The notes under the pieces: model-generated
Told to the model about the DNA's origin: nothing
Seen by the model: only the letters and a program-made list of their open reading frames with translations
The model's database searches: none
Assembly (NCBI RefSeq): GCF_001194135.2
Contig: NC_068981.1
Location: 69,221,992-69,258,826 of the forward strand
Direction of reading: 5' to 3'
DNA length: 36,835 nucleotides
Source: Octopus bimaculoides
Taxonomy: Eukaryota
Position numbers and translations under genes: made by a program
In this document: piece by piece, positions 34,534 through 36,835 of the stretch
How positions within the stretch are numbered: the first letter of the stretch is position 1
How the letters are laid out: each line of letters starts with the position of its first letter

Positions 34534-36519
34534 ATTTAGGCAACAGGAGTAGTCATTGAATACACAAGTATTTCCTAACGGATTCATACTAGGCAATGTC
34601 GACATCGAATCAGCACGGTCGGAAGGTTTTAAGTATAATCAATTTGTAAGCAAACCCCTTAGCATCAATTCTAAATAACATCAAATAGAAACCGTAAGGT
34701 GACAGTTTTCGTCAAATAATTCCCAACATCGCTTGAAAAAGTAGCAAATATATGCCCTTATCTAGTTCAATGCTTCGACAATATATGCTTTAATCGAGAT
34801 ACGCATTATTACAAAAACACCTAAATAGGCTGTGGTATCAAGTGTGCAAAGGATATCAAGAAACACACGAATAAAAGTAAAAACTCAACACACCTGATTA
34901 TGCATTATCGTCCTCCGTTAAGTTAAACATTCGTTGCCATGACTCTATAAATAACTCTCTCCTCCATCATATAGGTATCATAAAATATTTGATAAAGAAT
35001 GCTTTTATATCTGATACAGGAGTAACGCAATCATTGCTGTTCCTTAGCCAATATATATAGAACATGCTACGAGTTGCCAAAATCTTGCCTTTATGGGAAT
35101 ATATCAACGGTAATATCTGTTCTTCAACCAGAAGTGTCATTCTGAGCAATATTTTATTTAGAAATTCTATCTCCCACTGAAGGCATGAGAACGTATATCT
35201 GTATAGGTCTTTCTAAAGCTTTATTTTACAACTGATTGTCACTATATATGCATATATTTACATAAAAGAAAGTAATCTTACAACTGATGTATCTCAATAT
35301 ATATGTATCCTAACAGATGAGAATATTAACAAATATGAACTCAGTTATTCCATTAAATACAGCGCGAGCGTTTGTCAAAAATACTCCCTCAAAATAGATG
35401 GTCAGTGTTTGGAGGAGCTGATTACTGTCTTTTGCAGCTACTGCTATTACCAACAAAGATAATAGCAGTATCTATTAGACATATCTCTATATATTGAAGA
35501 AACCCTAATTACTAATATGTTAGAACATAGTTCATGCCTATTTTCATATTTGTTAGTATGAAATAAATCTCGTGTTAAAACCTTTCGGCGCAGAAAATAA
35601 AATTAGTTTACTCACAAGAAACATGCTGCACACTTCTAATCATATGACTTTCCACATATTATTGAAGTGATGGTAGTACCATATCCTTGTATATGTGAAT
35701 AAATTTATGATTTTATGGATTGTAACAATAACATTTCAGCATGTTCTTACCTATTTACATTTTAAATATTTTAAAGTGTTCCTGCGTATCACTGTCTTCC
35801 AATGACTTGTTGCCATTCATCTTTCAAACACCTACATCAAACGTGTATAATGCGTGACGCTCTGGGATAATATCTAGTATACTCACACTAATAAATCACG
35901 TATTATTATTTTTATATCTTTTTAAATACAAAATTATACAGGTGCACACCTATGCACGCACATGGACGTGCATAAACACTCACACATATTGGATTTAACA
36001 AATACGCGTTGGAAAATGAAGACAAAAATAGATGTACGTCTATCATTTATAAACCTCTCTCTTCAGAATTCAAAGCAGGGTGCTTGATTCTCTTTCCAAG
36101 CTATTTTCTGCAACTCCAGTAGTCCCATTCATATTTTCTTTCCATTCTAGAATATATAGCAAGTATACTGTCATTATATCTGAACTTTCGAGAAGGTGTA
36201 TATTTTATGATCATGATGTCCATTGTTGGGTTAAACAGTGACCAAATTTCATTTACCGTAGCCTCGAGGCAACTAAGCCTCAATAATTAAAAGAGGTGAT
36301 GGAAAACATGTTGGCAGTCCTTAGATTAGATTATACTCAAAGTTTAATGAGTCAGCTCCAGCACACACAATGACTGGATGCTTTCTCTCTCAGTTGTTCA
36401 TAAATGTGCAACACTCAGTGGAATACTCAGCAACGTAACCTATTATAGTACGAGTAGGCGGATCACTGAAATAGATCACTTAGAGTGTAAAGAGAGAAAG
36501 ACCTGTTTTACAATATACA

Positions 36520-36798
36520 AGCACACATACATATATGTGTATGTGCATGTATGTATGCATCTCTCTCTCTCTCCTTTTCTCTACCTATACATTTGTCTAT
36601 CTATCTATGATATATATATACATGAACTTATACCCATGCTATATAAACAAACATACATACTTACACACACAAACGCACACACACACATGTATATATATAT
36701 ACACTCACACATAGATATATTTATAGACATACTCTTACTCATATGTTAAATACATACATGCATATATAAATATGTATGTGCATACACACATACACGCA

Positions 36799-36835
<37 letters not shown>
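36520..36835. repeat. Degenerate (TA)/(CA)/(CT) low-complexity region ending in (TA)n
   Basis: Directly visible. Confidence 0.9.

Noticed and set aside
1-36835. CRISPR arrays, intact tRNA/rRNA genes, prokaryote-style operons
   Set aside because: No regularly spaced repeat-spacer array, full cloverleaf or full-length rRNA was seen; the sequence is eukaryotic repeat-rich DNA.

Overview
AT-rich, microsatellite-dense eukaryotic DNA with seven N gaps. The repeat families (tRNA-head SINEs, R4/Dong, RTE, Penelope-like, mariner) look like a cephalopod, probably octopus; that assignment is inference from recalled families. I found no intact protein-coding or RNA gene, and almost all ORFs in the track are low-complexity or gap artefacts. 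The window is mainly decayed transposable elements: three R4/Dong LINE pieces, two RTE LINE 3' ends, a Gypsy gag/pol remnant interrupted by an L1/Tx1-like ORF1, four mariner pieces (one full length with both TIRs), a near-complete decayed Chapaev3-like transposase, a Naiad-like Penelope element, several SINEs and a 5S rRNA-derived segment. The most unusual structures are (i) an RTE end with three tandem in-frame C2H2 zinc fingers and (ii) a ~3 kb block (5S-like + SINE + Penelope) bounded by inward-pointing inverted repeats. All family assignments come from manual translation and recalled motifs, not database searches. I cannot claim a new biological system.
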